The position numbers and the translations under genes were made by a program. A DNA stretch of 64,000 bases from Lytechinus pictus. Lineage: Eukaryota. The notes under the pieces were generated by a model. That model ran no database searches, had not been told where the DNA came from, and saw only the letters and a list, made by a program, of their open reading frames with translations. Shown piece by piece: positions 1-12,916 of this stretch. Numbering within the stretch: the stretch's first letter is position 1; each line of letters starts with the position of its first letter. The stretch is from positions 16,742,001-16,806,000 of the forward strand of contig NC_087250.1 of assembly GCF_037042905.1 (NCBI RefSeq), in the 5' to 3' direction.

Positions 1-296
1 CCCACATTTCTATATATATATGTTCAGTAATTAAAGAAAATGTATATATAGATATAATTTTCACAGTACAGTTGATATTTTATAATGATTTATGTGCATT
101 ATTCATTATGTTTAAAAAAATATTTGCCTATTATGTAATATTGAAAAAAAAAATATTATACTTGTATATTCTTTGTTTTTGTTTTGAAATGTGGAAATAA
201 AATAAATCAAAATCAAATCAAATCAAATGCTGTATGTAAGATTTAAGCCCCATGCTTCTTGCCCCATTTTAAGTACTAAGGATTGCTGCATTGCTA

Positions 297-1182
297 CACT
301 GCAAAAACACCGGTATCTATATCAGAAAACACTAGGGAAGCGTTGAAACAATACCAGTTAAGAATCAAACTGATATTGGTTTTAAAACACTGATTTGTTT
401 GTTTAAATGCCTGTATGGTGTACCGGTATAAAGCCTATTAACCCTCGGAGACCAAATTTGCGACAACCGGGTACGCGGTTCCAAAGTTACGCAACATTTT
501 GTAAGTGCATGTCAGACCAAAAATTGCTCAAAAACATGATTTTGTGTACAAAGTCAATGCAAATTGTGTTTTCAACCCATAATCATAATTGTATGACTAT
601 TTTTAGTTTTGCTGGTCTAAATGGATTTATTTTATGCTGTTTATGATCTCAAAAGAGTCCCCAACAAAGTTCATTGAAAAAACTTTATAAAAAAAAAAGG
701 CAAAAAAAACAGAGAAATACATAAGAAATTGCAAAAAACAATAAAATACAGAAGAAATTGTTCTGATATCGCAATTATTTTCATGTTCCTTTGCTGAGAC
801 CACCACAAACAGTTTCTACACCAAAAATTAGAACATTTGGAGCTTTATTTAGGGGATAAAAGGAAAAAGTATGATTTTGCATACTAATTACGCATAGATT
901 AGCATAATTAATAAATAACGATTTGCATGAAATAAATCAATACAGAATTTTGTAGATTATGTTCCAGGCAAGCTGCGTGCCAATTTTTGGCGCGATCGCG
1001 CGATCTACAGCCGAGATCTCAAGGGGGGCCTGGGAGCCCCCCCCCCCCCCCGGCCATATGATCTCCAAAAATACCCTGACCTAGATAGGTTTAAAGCCAA
1101 AATGGTGCTGTGTCAACACCTCTAGTGTTTACTAATATAGATACCTAGCTGGTGACACGTCTACACCAGTACTTTTGCAGTG
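297..1182. mobile_element. CACTG-terminal (CMC/EnSpm-like) MITE with a nested insertion
   Basis: ta|CACTGCAAAAA...TTTTGCAGTG|ta; same family as 60207-60449. Confidence 0.75.
442..1090. mobile_element. TTAA-flanked piggyBac-like non-autonomous element nested in the MITE
   Basis: ttaa|CCCT...AGGT|ttaa; the host MITE resumes on both sides; TIR match is short. Confidence 0.55.
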
Positions 1183-1275
1183 TACCCGGTACTGTAAGAA
1201 TAGATGCTGGCAACCTTGGCGTTATTTTTGTTGAAAGACATGCTGTAATAACACATATTCTGTGCTTAATTCCAG

Positions 1276-1489
1276 ACATTTTCAAAGTATGGTGACCTGA
1301 AGCAAGTGAATCTAATCCGCGATGCTGTAACAGGCTTCTCAAAGCAGTATGCGTTCATGGAGTTTGAAGATGAACGTGCTGCAAGACGTGCAAGGGCCGA
1401 GGCTGATCAGAGTGTGATTGAAGAACATATTGTCTTTGTAGACTGGGAGTGTGAACACACCCTGGATGGATGGATACCCAGAAGGCTAG
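1276..1489 (+). CDS. SNRNP35: U11/U12 snRNP 35 kDa protein, internal coding exon (RRM C-terminal half); upstream exons lie outside the window
   Basis: ttccag|ACA acceptor and CTAG|gtagat donor; reads TFSKYGDLKQVNLIRDAVTGFSKQYAFMEF...DWECEHTLDGWIPRRL (RNP1-like motif of the U1-70K/SNRNP35 family). Confidence 0.92.
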
Positions 1490-1679
1490 GTAGATAGTAT
1501 GAGCACACCCTTAATGATTGGATTCATGTATGATACATGTAGTGTGAACACACTTCTGGTGATTAATTTATGGGAAGTTGAGTCTAGATGCAATATGCAC
1601 CTTTTCAACATACTTTTCATGCAGCCCCATTAAATATAATTAGGAAAGTGTTTCTTTGTTGTTTTTAGGGGGGTGGGGG

Positions 1680-2170
1680 TTAATTTCTATTTTCATCCAT
1701 TTTCATTTTTTTTTTTCTGAATATGTTTCTCTCTGTTTCTGTCCTTTTCTCTTTCACCTTCTCCCCATACCTCTTATAACTTTGGGTGTTATCTGCCTCC
1801 CTCCCCCCTCCCTCTACACCACTTGATTTGTATGCGCTCTCACTCTTTCTCCTTCTCACCACTTTAATCCCTTATATTTAACCAACCCCCTTGTTTTCTA
1901 TATATCACTCTCCCACTCTCTCCTTTTCTCTGCCTCTCTCATATCACCCTTCCTCTCCCTCTTACTCCCCCCTCTCTCCATTTTCACCTACACTTTTCTT
2001 GTTGTATTCCTTCCTCTCTCTCTCTCTCCTCCATCTTTCTCCTTTTCATCCTCCCTCTCCCACTTGCTCTTTCTCCCTCCTTCTTCTCTATCTTTTTCAC
2101 CTTTTCACCCCCCTTCCTTTGTCTCCCTTCTGCTGTCTATCTCTCTCACTCTACTATTTCTCTTTTTTTC
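1680..2170 (+). repeat. About 490-bp CT-rich low-complexity tract before the SNRNP35 acceptor
   Basis: Direct reading. Confidence 0.8.
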
Positions 2171-2174
2171 GCAG

Positions 2175-2902
2175 GTGGTGGATTGGGGGGCAAGAAGGAG
2201 TCCGGCCAGCTGAGGTTCGGGGGCAAGGACCGGCCGTTCAAGAAACCCATCGTAGTCCAGGCGCGAGATGACCATCATCGAGATAGAGAGACAAGAGATG
2301 GCGATAGAGAAGAAAGATACCGTGAAGGAGACAATAGGTACAGGGATCGAGGGATAGGCAGAGATAGAGATAGGGACAGGTATCGAGATAGAGAGGCCAG
2401 CGATAGGATAGACAAATATAGAGATAGGAGGGAAAGAGAGAGAGATAGAAGAGGCGAAGATAGAGATAGAAGGGATGAAGATCGAGAGAGGGATAGAAGA
2501 GGCGAGGATAGAGATAGAGGAGATACAGATAGAGAAAGAGATAGAATTGCTGACGATAGAGATAGGGAGGAAAGCAGTAGAGTGATAGGCAAAGACAGAG
2601 GTTCAGAGAGTGAAGATGGAGAAATAAGGGACAGAGAAAAAGAGAGAGGAAGAGAAAGAGAGGATGAAAGGAGAGATAGAATAGGAGATAGATATAAAGA
2701 TAGAGATAAGTATAGGGAGAGGGGCAGGTATCGAGATAATGAGAGGGAGAGTGGTAGGTATCGGGATAGAAGGAAAGAGAGGGATAGAGAAAGAGGAGAG
2801 AGGAAAGAGGGGAAGAGAAGATTTAGGGAGAGAGAGAGCGACGAAGAAGAGGGATTTGAAAGGAAAGAGGAAAGTCAAGAACCAAGTTCAAAATGGGATT
2901 AA
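2175..2902 (+). CDS. SNRNP35: SNRNP35 terminal coding exon with long RD/RE mixed-charge tail
   Basis: ttttcgcag|GT phase-1 acceptor gives [32 protein letters not shown], the SNRNP35 signature; TAA at 2900-2902. Confidence 0.92.
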
Positions 2903-4737
2903 TTTAAAACCAGGCAAGGAAAAAAAATTGTTTTTTTTTTCGGGGCCTACTTTTAACAACCTTCTGCCTTGATCTGTCACATTGAATAGATATTTTCTGA
3001 GGTTAATTTTTATTGTCCAGGGTACCTTTGTGCATTGTGGGTGCAGAATTCCTTGAGCCCCAATATATTTGTTTCAACCGCTTCATAAAGTGGATTAGTA
3101 GAGGCAATGGGTTGTTTTAGGCTTATTGCTACTCCACTCAAAGATAATGGTAATTTGATAATAAAAAAAAAATTGGGGAGGACCAAAATAGTGACTATTT
3201 TGTCAAAGTCCGATGCAAAATAATAGTGACAGCATTTCAAATTGCAGTATTTTTTAAAGCAGGGAGCGTGACTGCGATGTAATGAGTAAGATGCTGTTGG
3301 CATATCCCCACTTTAATATGAAATTATCAATATGTAATCTCTGTTGTCAGTGTAATACCTTGAATGGCGGGAGTGTGTGGTACTGTCCTTACTGAGCATA
3401 AAGATGACTGCTAGTTGTAATGATTTCAATCATGATTTCAATGATTTGTGTTCGGAAAGAATCCAATCAAAGGACCATCCAGGTTTCTGTACGTACATGT
3501 ATTTAAATAAGATATTTGTGCCAAACGATTCTGGAAGATGTGTTGTAATTGCTGAGAAATTAGCAAAACCAGCATGAAATGCATGGATGATGCTAGGTAC
3601 TGTATGTATTTTTCCAAGCAGTAATAACACACTGTCCTACATGATCTTCAGTGTGATCCTTTTTTTTTTCAGCTTTAAAGATTTCATGAATTCACTATTT
3701 CACACAGTTCTGTCAAACTTGACCAGATCTAGATCTATCTATCTAGTGACAAATTGACCTTGGTTTGAGAGACTTCTCATGAAAGCAGTGTCAAGTTCAA
3801 TAACTTTCATTAACCTTTAAAATGTTATTCAAAACAAGAGGCGGCTTGAGACATTATCACCATTTGCTATCGATAGTGCTATTTCTGTGGTGATTAGTAA
3901 CATTGTCATTTCTACATTGTCACCACTTGTGAGAAAGATAACAATTTTGATGTTTACATCAATGAATGAACAAGATAGACTGACATTGACGGTTATTTTT
4001 TTTTATTATTATTTATTTAAATCTTACATATATATGTTTAAATGCTCATGTCTCAGTCTTAATAAAACACAAGTAAAATTGCAAAGATATATGGATACTG
4101 TTTTTTATTACTCAGTCAATGATACCAACAGCTATATGTACAGTGAAAGGATGAAAGAATGTCTATATTTCATCACATTGCATAGCACACATTTTTTTTG
4201 TTCATAGAATATAATTACCGGTATGTTTATTTTGATGTCATACGCGAGCAGCTATACCATTATACATGTAATTCCATTTGCAATTATATGACAAAAACTA
4301 TTTTCTGTCATGAATCCTTAGGATATAAATGTGAGAATTCATGTAACATGATATACTGTATGAGGCAGCAGCTCTCATATGACGTCATTAGCCCTTACCA
4401 CGCATACCTCGCACCAATGCTCAATCGGTGCCATGCAAACTTCGCATTTCATGCTCAAACAAACAATCTATTGTTTCCCTCCCTGAAAATAATTCAGCAC
4501 AGAGGGGTTCATGGCCCTGCGCACAAAGAGTTAAAGCAACATTTTAGAAAGTTGTTAACTCTTAATTTGTGTCAAACTTGTAAAATGTGATCCTCTATCT
4601 TTTCCGCGTTCATCAAGATGCAACTAGATGTCATTGTGAAATTTCCCTTTGATTTGAGGAAGGGATGTTTTTCATCAAAGAAAACTTGATCTAAAGCCAC
4701 AACAAATGGAATAGAAAATGGCATTACCCAGAATGAA

Positions 4738-4990
4738 TAGATAATGTAGGATTTGTATAGCGCACATATCAAACTTGTTAGGTGCTCAAGGCACTCATAT
4801 TACCCTGGCTAAGCTAGTCTACCTATTCCGGTGCTCACAACTTTTTGAGGAGTTACTTCCTGCCGGTACCCATTTACCTCACCTGGGTTGAGTGCAGCAA
4901 AATGTGGGTAAATTTCTTGCTGGAATCATACCCATGTCCCTCAGATTGAAAGACAAGAGTCTTTAATAACCACTAGACCACGATGCCTCC
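4738..4990 (-). mobile_element. tRNA-derived SINE (degenerate); another at about 41250-41530
   Basis: Shares GGTACCCATTTACCTCACCTGGGTTGAGTGCAGC with the 29.8-kb copy. Confidence 0.7.
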
Positions 4991-6321
4991 ACATGAATAA
5001 GTGAAGAGTTTTGAGATTTGATATTCTGTTTTAAAAGCGGTATTAAAGGATAAAGAAACGCTTTTTTCATGTAGAAAAGGGGTCATTTAGATGATTATCA
5101 GACCTTTTTATCAAGCCTAAATGGCATCCCTGATAGTAACACATTGCAGAAATGCTTGAATTGTTTTATTAACATTTTTCAATATTGAATTGAAATATAT
5201 ATTCATATTTAAGAAATACACTCGATTTGAAAGACAACTAATGACATCATCACACACACCGTACACATAAACTACAATATATGAAAGTATTAACATGTGA
5301 ACAAAATGCACTTTCATGTCCAGCATGAAAAATAATATAATGGAATGATAATGATAATAATCCACATTTATATGGTTTAATTGTACAGCAGAAGAATCTA
5401 TGTACAGATACAGAATCGCAATGAAACCCAAAGTACTGTTTTATCATCTCGAAAACAGATTGTCGCAAAATATATTTCCCTGGGCATTATCAGAAAGTTT
5501 TATACATGACAATACCAGTAAAGATATACATGTACTGTATTTGCTCATCTTTGAAACAGTATGAATTACATCTGGGGGTGTTTCACATAGAATTAAGTGT
5601 GACTGAGAGTCATGCGTAAACGCCAATGCTCTGTTATTGAACGCATAATATGATTAATTGATACGCTTAGTGGACGTCCTGTGCTCTTGATCTGGCCAAT
5701 GCAGTGAGGTGTTATAATACCAAACACAATCAAAATTAGAATATGTCTCTAAGCTACACTTAAATCTTTGTGAAACACTCCCTGGGAATTACTTGGTATT
5801 TGCTCTGAAATATTTTTTTTGTGCTCGAAACATTTTTGGAAGTGCTCCTTTCTCTTAATTTGGTTCAATAAACTTTTTAAAGGCACTACGGGATAAATCA
5901 TATTAACATCATTTTTAGGTGTCTTTTCTTGGCTTGATAAGCTTTAAAAAAAATAGAAGGAAAAATTATGATATCAATGTTTTTAAGTTCTTCTTGGGAA
6001 CTAGGAGATATTTCACGTTCAATTTGTTGAATCCAGAACAATGGACTTTCTTGTAATGTAGCTGGATCCTTGGTGGTCAGCATTCTGTCAGTTTAAATCA
6101 AGTACAGTTGCAGGCATTCCTTTGCTTGCCTCTTGCAGTGTTAGATCAGATCAGTAATAGGAGGACTAAGACTTTGACAAATATTGCAAGGACTAGAATA
6201 TACATAGCAGTTGCTTATTGGTCATAAAACTTGACTGTAATATGTTGTTTATTACAAATAAAAACATCTGACTTTTTAAAACTTACTATAATACTAGATT
6301 TCTTTTATTTATTAAAATTTG

Positions 6322-6572
6322 TTAGAGGCTGAAAACTGTGTTTATTGAAGGCAGGGGCGCTTCATGTCTACTCTCCGTAAGGGACGTAGTTACACCTAAT
6401 TGATGATTAGTGGTCGTTTCCAAATGGTCCCTCTGTGACAGTGCACGTGCTGCTTCCCCATTGTTTGAATGGTACATCCCAGGCTGTCCGTAGGGGTGTG
6501 AAGTCACACTGGTGCCAGTTTGGCTTGGGTTCAGTCCATTGCTGCCCATAGGGTAATTTTGATGGGTTTGAT
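6322..6572 (-). CDS. RFX6: RFX6 terminal coding exon
   Basis: gaacag|AT in frame with the 6322-6549 ORF; ends APLPSINTVFSL*, cf. the RFX6 C-terminal LPPINTVF motif; AATAAA on the minus strand just downstream (about 6303-6313). Confidence 0.87.
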
Positions 6573-7099
6573 CTGTTCAAAGATTAAAGTAAACATACAC
6601 AGAATGATGCCCAGTTCATATTTTTCATGTTGACCAATCAGAACACCCCCAGTTGTTGTAGAGTAAGATATGTGAATTATTGTTATAGTAAGTATTATCA
6701 AGTATGACAAGAAGAATATCAATTAATAAACTACTTGTATCTGGATAAGTAAAATAGAATACACTATCAGTAGCTGCTTTAGTGAGGATGCAGAACTAGT
6801 ATTAAACATGCAACACCTGAATGAAACATTGGACATCTTAGGGGGCACTTCGCTATTAACAGGGTAAACATGTAAATGCACTGTATCAATGGCTTTTTCG
6901 TAGGGTGTCTGTCGTACCATCATATGAAACCGCCAAATTAAATATCAGTGGACAACATAGAGGGCACTATGCATGTATGGCTAACAGAAAAACACAGTAT
7001 CGATGATGGTTCATAGGGATCAAGTTTATACTATAGTGTCAAACGGCCGAATGAAATATTGATGGGCAACTTTAATAGAGGTGGCTATACCTGTCTTAC

Positions 7100-7396
7100 C
7101 TTGGAATGATGATTGGTTGATGAAGCTGTCTTGAAGACTCTTTCCCTGCTCCCCACAATTGGCTTCCAACATACCAAGAGTGTGCGCCTCATTACCAAAG
7201 TGTTCCTGGCGGATTCGTTCACCGTTTTGGCCAGGGTACTCAAAGGATCGCATCTCCTGTTCATAGCCGTCCGAGCTAGGGTTCGACTGATGATCCGGTC
7301 TGGTAACGCGGTTGCTGAAAGAATTGCTGGTGATGACTGAGACCCTCTCTGCAACTTGCTTGTTCTGATTTTCTGTCTGGCTTGGGTGGTAATAAC
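7100..7396 (-). CDS. RFX6: RFX6 exon (297 bp)
   Basis: aacag|GT TAT TAC... open frame including MRSFEYPGQ...QSSFQ G|gtaaga; phase 1 to phase 1. Confidence 0.8.
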
Positions 7397-7922
7397 CTGT
7401 TATAGGGACAAAATATAATGTTTCATTTATTATTTGGTAACCTCACAAAAAATTACAAATGAAAACATTCAGCAGCAGCTTGTAAAGTAATATGACAATC
7501 TGCTGATTGATTGTGATTGCACAAGAAGAAGAATAGGCAGTGACAAGAAAGCTTGAAACCCATTGTTCATTAATTCATACCATATCTCTTTTCAAATAAA
7601 TTTATTGTTTCTTGAAAACATGTATACTTTAATAACAATAAATATTTTTTTTAAAGAATAATAAATATTTCATGATGAGAGGTTACATTGTTTTGCTCTT
7701 AAATTAGGCCTATGAGTTGTTCAACTTCTCCAGAAGACATCTCTTCATAAAATTCATATCTAAAGTACCGGTATGTATAATATTCATTTTATGCCAAGAA
7801 TATCTTTCTTGAGTGGCTAGCCTAATAGAGCTTATCACGAGTGACATGAATGAATAAACCGACTTATGTTATACTGAATATTGCTACATGTATGGAGAAA
7901 GAATTGTTTAATGATATTTTAC

Positions 7923-8597
7923 CTTGGTTATAACCGTTAGCGTAAGAAAAGGAAGACTCCCCTACATCCTGCCTTTCCCCGCCCATTGTGCAGTTGCCAT
8001 AGTAACGGTCATCTCGATGTGGGTAGGAATCTGGATAAGCCACTCCCCCTGTATCCATTGAGTCATGTGACCGTGAATAATAAGGGGGGTTGTTGTAGCC
8101 TTGTGGAAACACAGTAGGATGGTGGTAGTAGTTTGATGCTGGGTACGGGGCCATGTAGTTTGGGGTCCTAGCCGAGGTGAGATAGGGTTCCTGCCCCTGA
8201 ATGTGATTGACGTACGGGAAACCAGTCTGTGGAGATGTGGACGGCATGAACGGCTGGTTATGGGCGGGGCCTGCATGAGGTGCCAGCGGTAACGGCGTTT
8301 GGTTGATGACAGAGCTACGCATCACAATGGGCGAGATGGGTGGAGTCAACATCGGGTTGCTGCGGGATCCGAGGGAATGATGAGGCGGAGTCGTTCCATA
8401 TGGCATGAGGTAGTCTCTTTCCCCAGGCCCCAAGGAGCCCATATGTCCGGGATAGAGTGCATTGCGGTTGTGATCCATCATGTCTTCCCGCTTACAATGC
8501 GGCTGGTCTATAAGGCCAGTCTGCTGTCTCGGCACGCCATTGCGGTTAGCAAGAAAACATGACCCAGCTGGATTAGAAAGAGGTCTCTGGCTGTTAC
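7923..8597 (-). CDS. RFX6: RFX6 exon, Pro/Tyr/His-rich C-terminal region (675 bp)
   Basis: ctag|GT...SCFLANRN motif shared with RFX6; open through the 7864-8535 ORF; CAAG|gtaaaa donor. Confidence 0.88.
7993..8006. promoter_or_regulatory. Consensus RFX X-box motif inside an RFX6 coding exon
   Basis: GTTGCCATAGTAAC matches GTNRCC-N0-3-RGYAAC; function unproven. Confidence 0.35.
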
Positions 8598-8992
8598 CTA
8601 GTGTAAGAAGGTGAGGGGAAAATTAAAAACAAGTCAGCATTTTTAACCTTTCTTTTATGACTGTCAATACTCAATATATCACAAAGAACAATACAAATTG
8701 TGCCCAATATATTGTCTGTTTAGCATAAAGGAAAATGTCAAAGCTGGGGTAACGACTACATGTAGTTTGCTGTGCAACCCTTCACAGGGGGATAAGTGGA
8801 AGAATGTGTAGCCTACTATGGCTTGTGTGGTCTAGAACCACTCAGCAAGGTTTATATGTGCTAGTCTTATTTGAAGACCCACTTGTTGATCAAAGTTTCA
8901 TCAGGATCTATGCCTGCAGGCTAGGTAGCAATAGATGCAGTTTGTATCCTCTGGCAAAAGCACTATATAATTCCATCTTTTATGATACATAC

Positions 8993-9115
8993 CTGATGCC
9001 TTCATGTGCTTTTCAAGGCGATTTTGAAGGTCGTTGTCCTTTTCAGAGTTGAACTGACTCTCGACAGCTAGCAGAATGTATTCATCCAATAGCATTCGTA
9101 TCAAATGGAAAGAAG
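8993..9115 (-). CDS. RFX6: RFX6 exon, dimerisation domain (123 bp)
   Basis: [41 protein letters not shown]; ag/gt boundaries. Confidence 0.95.
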
Positions 9116-9935
9116 CTGTAAGAGAAAGTGGTGTGATGTAGTGGTTCAGTCACTTAGCTCTTAATCTAACTAAGGTTTGAGGTTCAATCCCACATTGGAC
9201 TATTATATTCTTCAGCAAAACATATTTTGTTTTGTTGATGTTTTAATAAGTGAGACACATCCTTCATATTTGTGCTAAATGAAAGAAAATCTGAAAATCA
9301 AAGTTGATCAACTTTTTGTTTCCTTCCTCCCCCACCCAGTGGCAGTTCCAGGAAGAGGTACATCCGGCAAGTGCCCCCCCCCCCCCCTTGAGAGGCTTTA
9401 AAGGGGATATGTCATGCATAAGCAAGTGAATACCCTTTTTGGGGGGGATTATCAAATTCTTCCTGTACAAAATGCCCCCCCCCCCCCCCTCTTGGAAAAA
9501 TCCTGGATCCGCCCCTGCCCCCTCCCTCCCTGATGTATGATATCCGGATAGACCTGCCCCTGATCTGACTTATTAAAGTGAACTATATCAATGAAATCTT
9601 GTCATTGAAGGCTTGAAATTAAATTAAATGGTAATGTTTTTTTTTTCTCTAGAGGGCATAATTGCACTTTGATTACAAATTACAAAATTAAAGAAAACAC
9701 AATGACCTCTGAGCAAAAGTATAAAACTTAATCTGATGTCCGTGCAACCATTACTTACTTGCCCAACATGCTTTCAATATTTATTTTAATGACATTAATA
9801 TGGTTACCTTAGAATATCATTAATTCAAATTGGTCAAAACATCACTTGCTTAGTTTGGTTATTCTTGGCATTACTCAAGCCTACACATTTATAGATTGAA
9901 GAACGTAAATGCGGAATGTACATGTATACACTTAC

Positions 9936-10053
9936 CAAAACTCTGGGCATTGTTGATTGTTAATGAATGCATCACTCGAGCTCCGAAGAAGGACCATTTC
10001 AGCAGGAAATCCTGAGCTCGCTTCTTGAATGACCGCCCATTTTGTTTGCTTGG
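9936..10053 (-). CDS. RFX6: RFX6 exon, dimerisation domain (118 bp)
   Basis: [39 protein letters not shown]; ag/gt boundaries. Confidence 0.95.
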
Positions 10054-10286
10054 CTGTTAAGATAAAACAAACAAAACATACAACTTGATAACATCCCTTG
10101 AAGAATGAGTTTTGGTCAGTTGAAATAATGTGTTTTTACAGGTTGCGTTATTTATGCCATTATAATCTCTGGTGGAGCATGGACTAGTAGAATGATGGTC
10201 TACTAAGATTTCTGTGTGGTTTATCATTTTCTGGTGGCAGCACTGGGATGCATTATTTGATGAGTAACAAGTGACCTTCGACATAC

Positions 10287-10381
10287 CTTGATGACCTTTG
10301 ACTCGACAACCTGATCCAGCCATTCAGTGAAGGCCTCGACTGTCGCCTGCTTCTTCAGAAGTTCCTGGAAATCATTCAGAA
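10287..10381 (-). CDS. RFX6: RFX6 exon, dimerisation domain (95 bp)
   Basis: FLNDFQELLKKQATVEAFTEWLDQVVESKVIK; ag/gt boundaries. Confidence 0.92.
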
Positions 10382-11612
10382 CTGCAAAGACACATGAAAG
10401 GGGTATTTTTAGCACAAACTGTGATGACAAAAACTATTGAAATCCTTTAATCTGATTGGTTAAGAGCAGCCTGTATTTGCCTGAGGAAATCAAAGGCAAG
10501 ATGTGCCTTTAATAGATTTTGGTTTGACAGATTTGGTTTGAGAAATGACAGAATTGATGGATTTGTTCAATGATCATATTTTAAGATCATACATACAGTA
10601 TATATGAAGGACTTTGTGTTTCCTTTGTGTATGTGATGTGCGTCTTTGTACATAGGAATGTTTATGTGTATTACAGAGTGTTGGTTTATATATGTGTAGT
10701 TTTTTATATGGTTCTGTATTGTATTATTTGTTTTTGTGGGCGTACAGTTTTAGGAGAGTTGAGTGTTTATTGCTGTATTTTGTCATTGCGTTTATGGGGG
10801 GCGGCATGTATTAATGTTTTGTTATTTCTTTTCTTTCTTTGATAGAGTTTCCTGTGTCTTATGTATGAGAGAGTATTTTGTTTGAATATTTGTGTGAGTG
10901 TGATTTGACTAACTCTTGTCTACCTAAGATATGAACTTACCACAGAAGAAAAGTCTTTAAAAAACCACAATGTGAACTTGGTTATACATACATGGCGTGT
11001 AGTGTAGAGTACCGAAGTGTGACGCCTTCAATATATATTTTTTTTTTTGGGGGGGGGGTATTATACCTTGTTTTATACCACATTTCGGTTGAGCATGATG
11101 AAAAACCTCCACACCCCAAATTTGGTGGGAATAGATTCATCGGGGCCTTAGATATGACCTCATGAATACATTGACTTCGAAGGGGCTAAGTATGTATTCA
11201 TATCTAAGGCCCCCATGAACCAAATTCCACAAAATTTTGCTAGTTGGTATTTTTTATCTTGCCCTGTCGAGGTATAAAATAAAAAATACTGAAATGAAAC
11301 ATAATTTTTTTTATGACGTCGTCACTTTGGCAACCTATTAATTATATGAAAGTCAAGAAATTGAAACAAGGTTCTGCATGAATTTCTCTCGCGTAAATAT
11401 AAAGTTAATAATTCTGCAGCTAGTCGGACTATACAGGTTAATCTTATATTCTGTGTTTAGTGCACTCAATCGTCACTCGGGGACCTTCACCAACATTTAG
11501 CATTAATTGAAATAGAACAGCCTTGTTACAGACACACATGGAACTAAACTTAGTTGAGAATCAATGAGAAAATAAAGAAAAAATAGATAATGCTGGCGAA
11601 TTTGGATCTTAC

Positions 11613-11696
11613 ATTTTGTATTCAACTCTAAATTTACTTCTTCTTGAGTGATAAACAGCATTACTTGGGATCCAAACAAACAAAGTTAATATTAAC
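11613..11696 (-). pseudogene. Degenerate partial duplicate of the RFX6 142-bp exon (pseudo-exon)
   Basis: Reads LCLFGSQVMLFITQEEVNLELNTK T|gtaaga versus the real LCSIGSQAMLSVSQDEADSELNTE T|gtaaga; in-frame stops in the 5' part. Confidence 0.75.
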
Positions 11697-11716
11697 CTGT
11701 TCCCAATATTTTTATA

Positions 11717-11911
11717 GGGTATTGCAAGAAACTTTCAATCAATCACAAGTCAATTTTGGGCTGTAAACCCAATCACACGTTCTGAGATTATTAGAAAATT
11801 TGCACTCATTTGCTGGTTTGTTTTTTGAAACAAGAAGTTAAGTTTGATTTGTCAATTTTTAATTTGGGAAGAAAATTTTGTAATCAATTGCAAATATTTT
11901 TTTGCAATACC
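11717..11911. mobile_element. MITE; related to 32242-32388
   Basis: GGGTATTGCAAGAAA...TTTTTGCAATACC inverted ends. Confidence 0.55.
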
Positions 11912-11993
11912 AACTAGACCTGAATGTGCCCAAAGGAACAATTAACACTATTAAAAAAAAATGATTGTGTATGAGGATGAAAATTAATCTTAC

Positions 11994-12135
11994 ATTCTGT
12001 GTTCAATTCGGAATCTGCTTCATCTTGTGAGACAGACAGCATTGCCTGAGATCCGATAGAGCAAAGATCAACTTTCTCAAGATCCTCGATCATCTGATCT
12101 ACGAGCTGTTGGTCGAAGAGGACTGGACGAGCAGT
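11994..12135 (-). CDS. RFX6: RFX6 exon (142 bp)
   Basis: TARPVLFDQQLVDQMIEDLEKVDLCSIGSQAMLSVSQDEADSELNTE; ccag| acceptor and |gtaaga donor. Confidence 0.93.
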
Positions 12136-12362
12136 CTGGAGAAAAAAAAATGCAAGCGTAAAGTGAAAGCTTCCTGTGTTGGAGGTACACAGCAGGGGTT
12201 GGTGACTGGTAATTGTGCTCCCCTCACCAAACCCCTGGAATTTTCCAATCCTATTTTTTCCATTGCATTCTTTTCTAAACTTCCAACAAATGCTTCACTT
12301 TCAAATTATTAATAAAAGAAGTTCAAAGGCTTTGTCTGTAGGAATTGTCTTGCATGTATTGT

Positions 12363-12660
12363 GGACGTGTCGAGGTCTAGTGGTTCTGACTTTTGCCTTT
12401 CAAACAGAGGGTCGTGGGTTTGAATCCTAGCCATGGCGTGTTTTCCATCAGCAAGAAATTAATCCACACTGCTGCACTCGACCCAGGTGAGGTGAATGGG
12501 TACCCGTCAGGATTAATTTCTTGAATGATTGAGCGCCTAGGCAGCCCAGCTAAAGCCGGGGTAATAACAGCAGGGCCCGCTGGGAGAAGAGTTTTCGGAA
12601 CTGAAGTGGCTACCCTGGGTAAATATACTGCTATTGTTATTATTATTATTATATTATATT
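12363..12660 (+). mobile_element. tRNA-derived SINE
   Basis: A/B boxes, central CTCGACCCAGGTG..AATGGGTACC box, (ATT)n tail. Confidence 0.8.
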
Positions 12661-12756
12661 GCCCCAACCCTGTGAGAAAATGTATGGGTTAATTCATGTA
12701 GGCTTAAACGCTAATACTATTCTCCAGTACAACAAAACTAAATAATTAAGTCCTAC

Positions 12757-12916
12757 CTGAGCTAAATGAAGGAACGATGATTGTCTTTTAAGCGACTGGA
12801 TGAAACGTCTAGCCACTGTCATCTTGGATTCTTTGAGCGCATCTGGAAGGTTTTCAAGTGATGACGTCATCCATATCTCCCATTGCCGAGTGAAACGTCG
12901 GATATCTGTCAGTAAA
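12757..12916 (-). CDS. RFX6: RFX6 exon (160 bp)
   Basis: SLLTDIRRFTRQWEIWMTSSLENLPDALKESKMTVARRFIQSLKRQSSFLHLAQ; ag/gt boundaries. Confidence 0.95.

Noticed and set aside
1891..2878. Ser/Leu-rich ORFs (1891-2271 +, 2275-2592 -, 2603-2878 -)
   Set aside because: They are by-products of the CT-rich intron and the antisense of the RD/RE-coding exon.
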